DNA of 64,000 nucleotides from Eledone cirrhosa (Eukaryota): NCBI GenBank assembly GCA_964016885.1, contig OZ024740.1, positions 431,024,001 to 431,088,000 of the forward strand, read 5' to 3'. Shown piece by piece: positions 62,512 to 64,000 of this stretch (position 1 is its first letter; each line of letters starts with the position of its first letter). The notes under the pieces were generated by a model. It saw only the letters and a program-made list of their open reading frames with translations, ran no database searches and was not told where the DNA came from. The position numbers and the translations under genes were made by a program.

Positions 62512-64000
62512 AATCCTGTAAATATGAAAAGCAAGTGATTAAGGGTGGAGAACATTTCAATAGTTCTGATGGTTGTAACGTCTGCTTCTGTGATCCATCA
62601 GGTTACATTGTTTGTACTTTAAGAAACTGTCCGAAGAAGAAATCAACTTGTAACTATAATGGCCTTATATATACTGAAGGAGAAACTTTCCAGTTGGGTT
62701 GTAGCAAATGTGCATGTAAAAGTGATGGTAGCGTTAACTGCGATGATACAAACTGTAACCAACAGAGCTTCCAATGTACTTTCAATGGAAAGATCTACAA
62801 CAAGGGAGAAACATTTAAACATGATTGTAATATGTGTGTCTGCCAGAAATTTGGTATTGTGAATTGTACAACATTAAACTGCCATAAGACAAGACAATAT
62901 TGTGAATATAATGGGAAAAGATATATGCCACTACAAACATTCCAATATTTATGTAATATTTGTATTTGTAACACAAATGGTAATGTGAGTTGTATCAACA
63001 ATTGTCACAAGACTTGCAGATATCAAGGGAAAATCTATAAAATCCAGGAGGTATTTAAAGATGGTTGTAACTCCTGTACATGTCTAAGCACAGGAAATAT
63101 CGAATGTACACAAAAAGAATGTAAATGTAAATATAACAGCACTCATTACAAAGTTGGAGAATCATTTCAAACAAAGTACATTATTTGTACCTGCAAAGAA
63201 AATGCTAGGTTTAATTGTGTTGACAAAAACACTACCTGCAAATATGGAGGAAGTGTTTATTCAGCTGGAGAATCTTTTACAGACAATTGTAAAACTTGTC
63301 AATGTAAAATAGACGGAACCGTGAACTGTAATAATAATACATGTGTTTGTATTTATAAAGGTAAAATGTATACACCTGGTCAACGTTTTACAGAAGCATG
63401 CAATACCTGTTTTTGCAAAGGTAATGGAGCTATAAACTGTACCAATGACCCATGTGTGTGTAAGTTTAAAGGAACAACATACAAAATTGGAGACTCCTTT
63501 AAAGATAATTGTGATACTTGTACCTGTAAATCACGTGGTATAATTAAATGTGAAAATACTCCTTGTAAATGTACATATAAGGGCAATATTTATCAATACA
63601 GAGAAATTTTCAAGGACAGTTGTAATGTCTGCCGGTGTGAAATAAATGGTGCCGTACAATGTAGTCAAAAGTCTTGCAGTTGTTATCACAAAAATGTCAC
63701 ACATAAAATTGGAGGCACATTTAAAGATGATTGCAATGATTGTATCTGTGACGTGAATGGTGCTGTGGTGTGTACTAAATACCTATGTCAGTGTAAATAC
63801 AACGGAGTGAGTTATGCCATTAATGATACATTTACAGATAACTGTAATACATGCACCTGTAAAGAAAATGGCAATGTAGAGTGTGTTACAAACACCTCTC
63901 ATACCTGTATTTATAAAGGAACTAAGTATCAATATGGAGAGACTTTCAAAGAAAACTGCAAGACATGTACCTGTGCACATGCAGGTAAAATATCATGCAA
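62512..64000 (+). CDS. Large exon, open to window end: 13 tandem modules of about 36 aa, C-x-Y-x-G-x2-Y-x2-G-E-x-F-x3-C-N-x-C-x-C-x3-G-x3-C-x4-C (pacifastin-like / half-VWC; kielin/chordin-like)
   Basis: TTTTTTCCAG acceptor; manual translation KSCKYEKQVIKGGEHFNSSDGCNVCFCDPSGYIVCTLRNC... has no stop through 64000; absent from the ORF track because it has no stop. Confidence 0.93.

Noticed and set aside
62659-63980. Short track ORFs at 62659, 62795, 63380 and 63783
   Set aside because: Out-of-frame or antisense shadows of the real Cys-rich exon.

Overview
Eukaryotic (metazoan) genomic DNA. The SINE and MITE families and the gene content resemble octopus/coleoid cephalopod sequence; this is recalled resemblance, not a database result. 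(1) 1-37.8 kb is a compound macrosatellite: arrays of a 24-bp minisatellite (GTCTGTTTGTCAGTCCTACCTGGG), each followed by an identical 84-bp unique spacer and a 0.9-1.8 kb (ACC/ACT)n tract, six times. Almost all ORFs in the track here are repeat artefacts. (2) 37.8-47.2 kb holds a segmental duplication with an unexpanded paralog of the same unit, a candidate duplicated exon, SINEs, MITEs, a 29-bp minisatellite and an RTE LINE fragment. (3) 47.6-55.8 kb is a composite element: a TTAA-flanked TIR element whose subterminal 72-bp segment is amplified about 32-fold, and which carries a full-length Tx1-clade LINE with only two lesions. This layout parallels the Xenopus Tx1D/Tx1L composite. (4) 56.6-64 kb is the 5' part of a spliced gene missed by the ORF track. 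It encodes a secreted Cys-rich protein with a WAP-like segment and at least 14 pacifastin/half-VWC modules, and runs off the window end.
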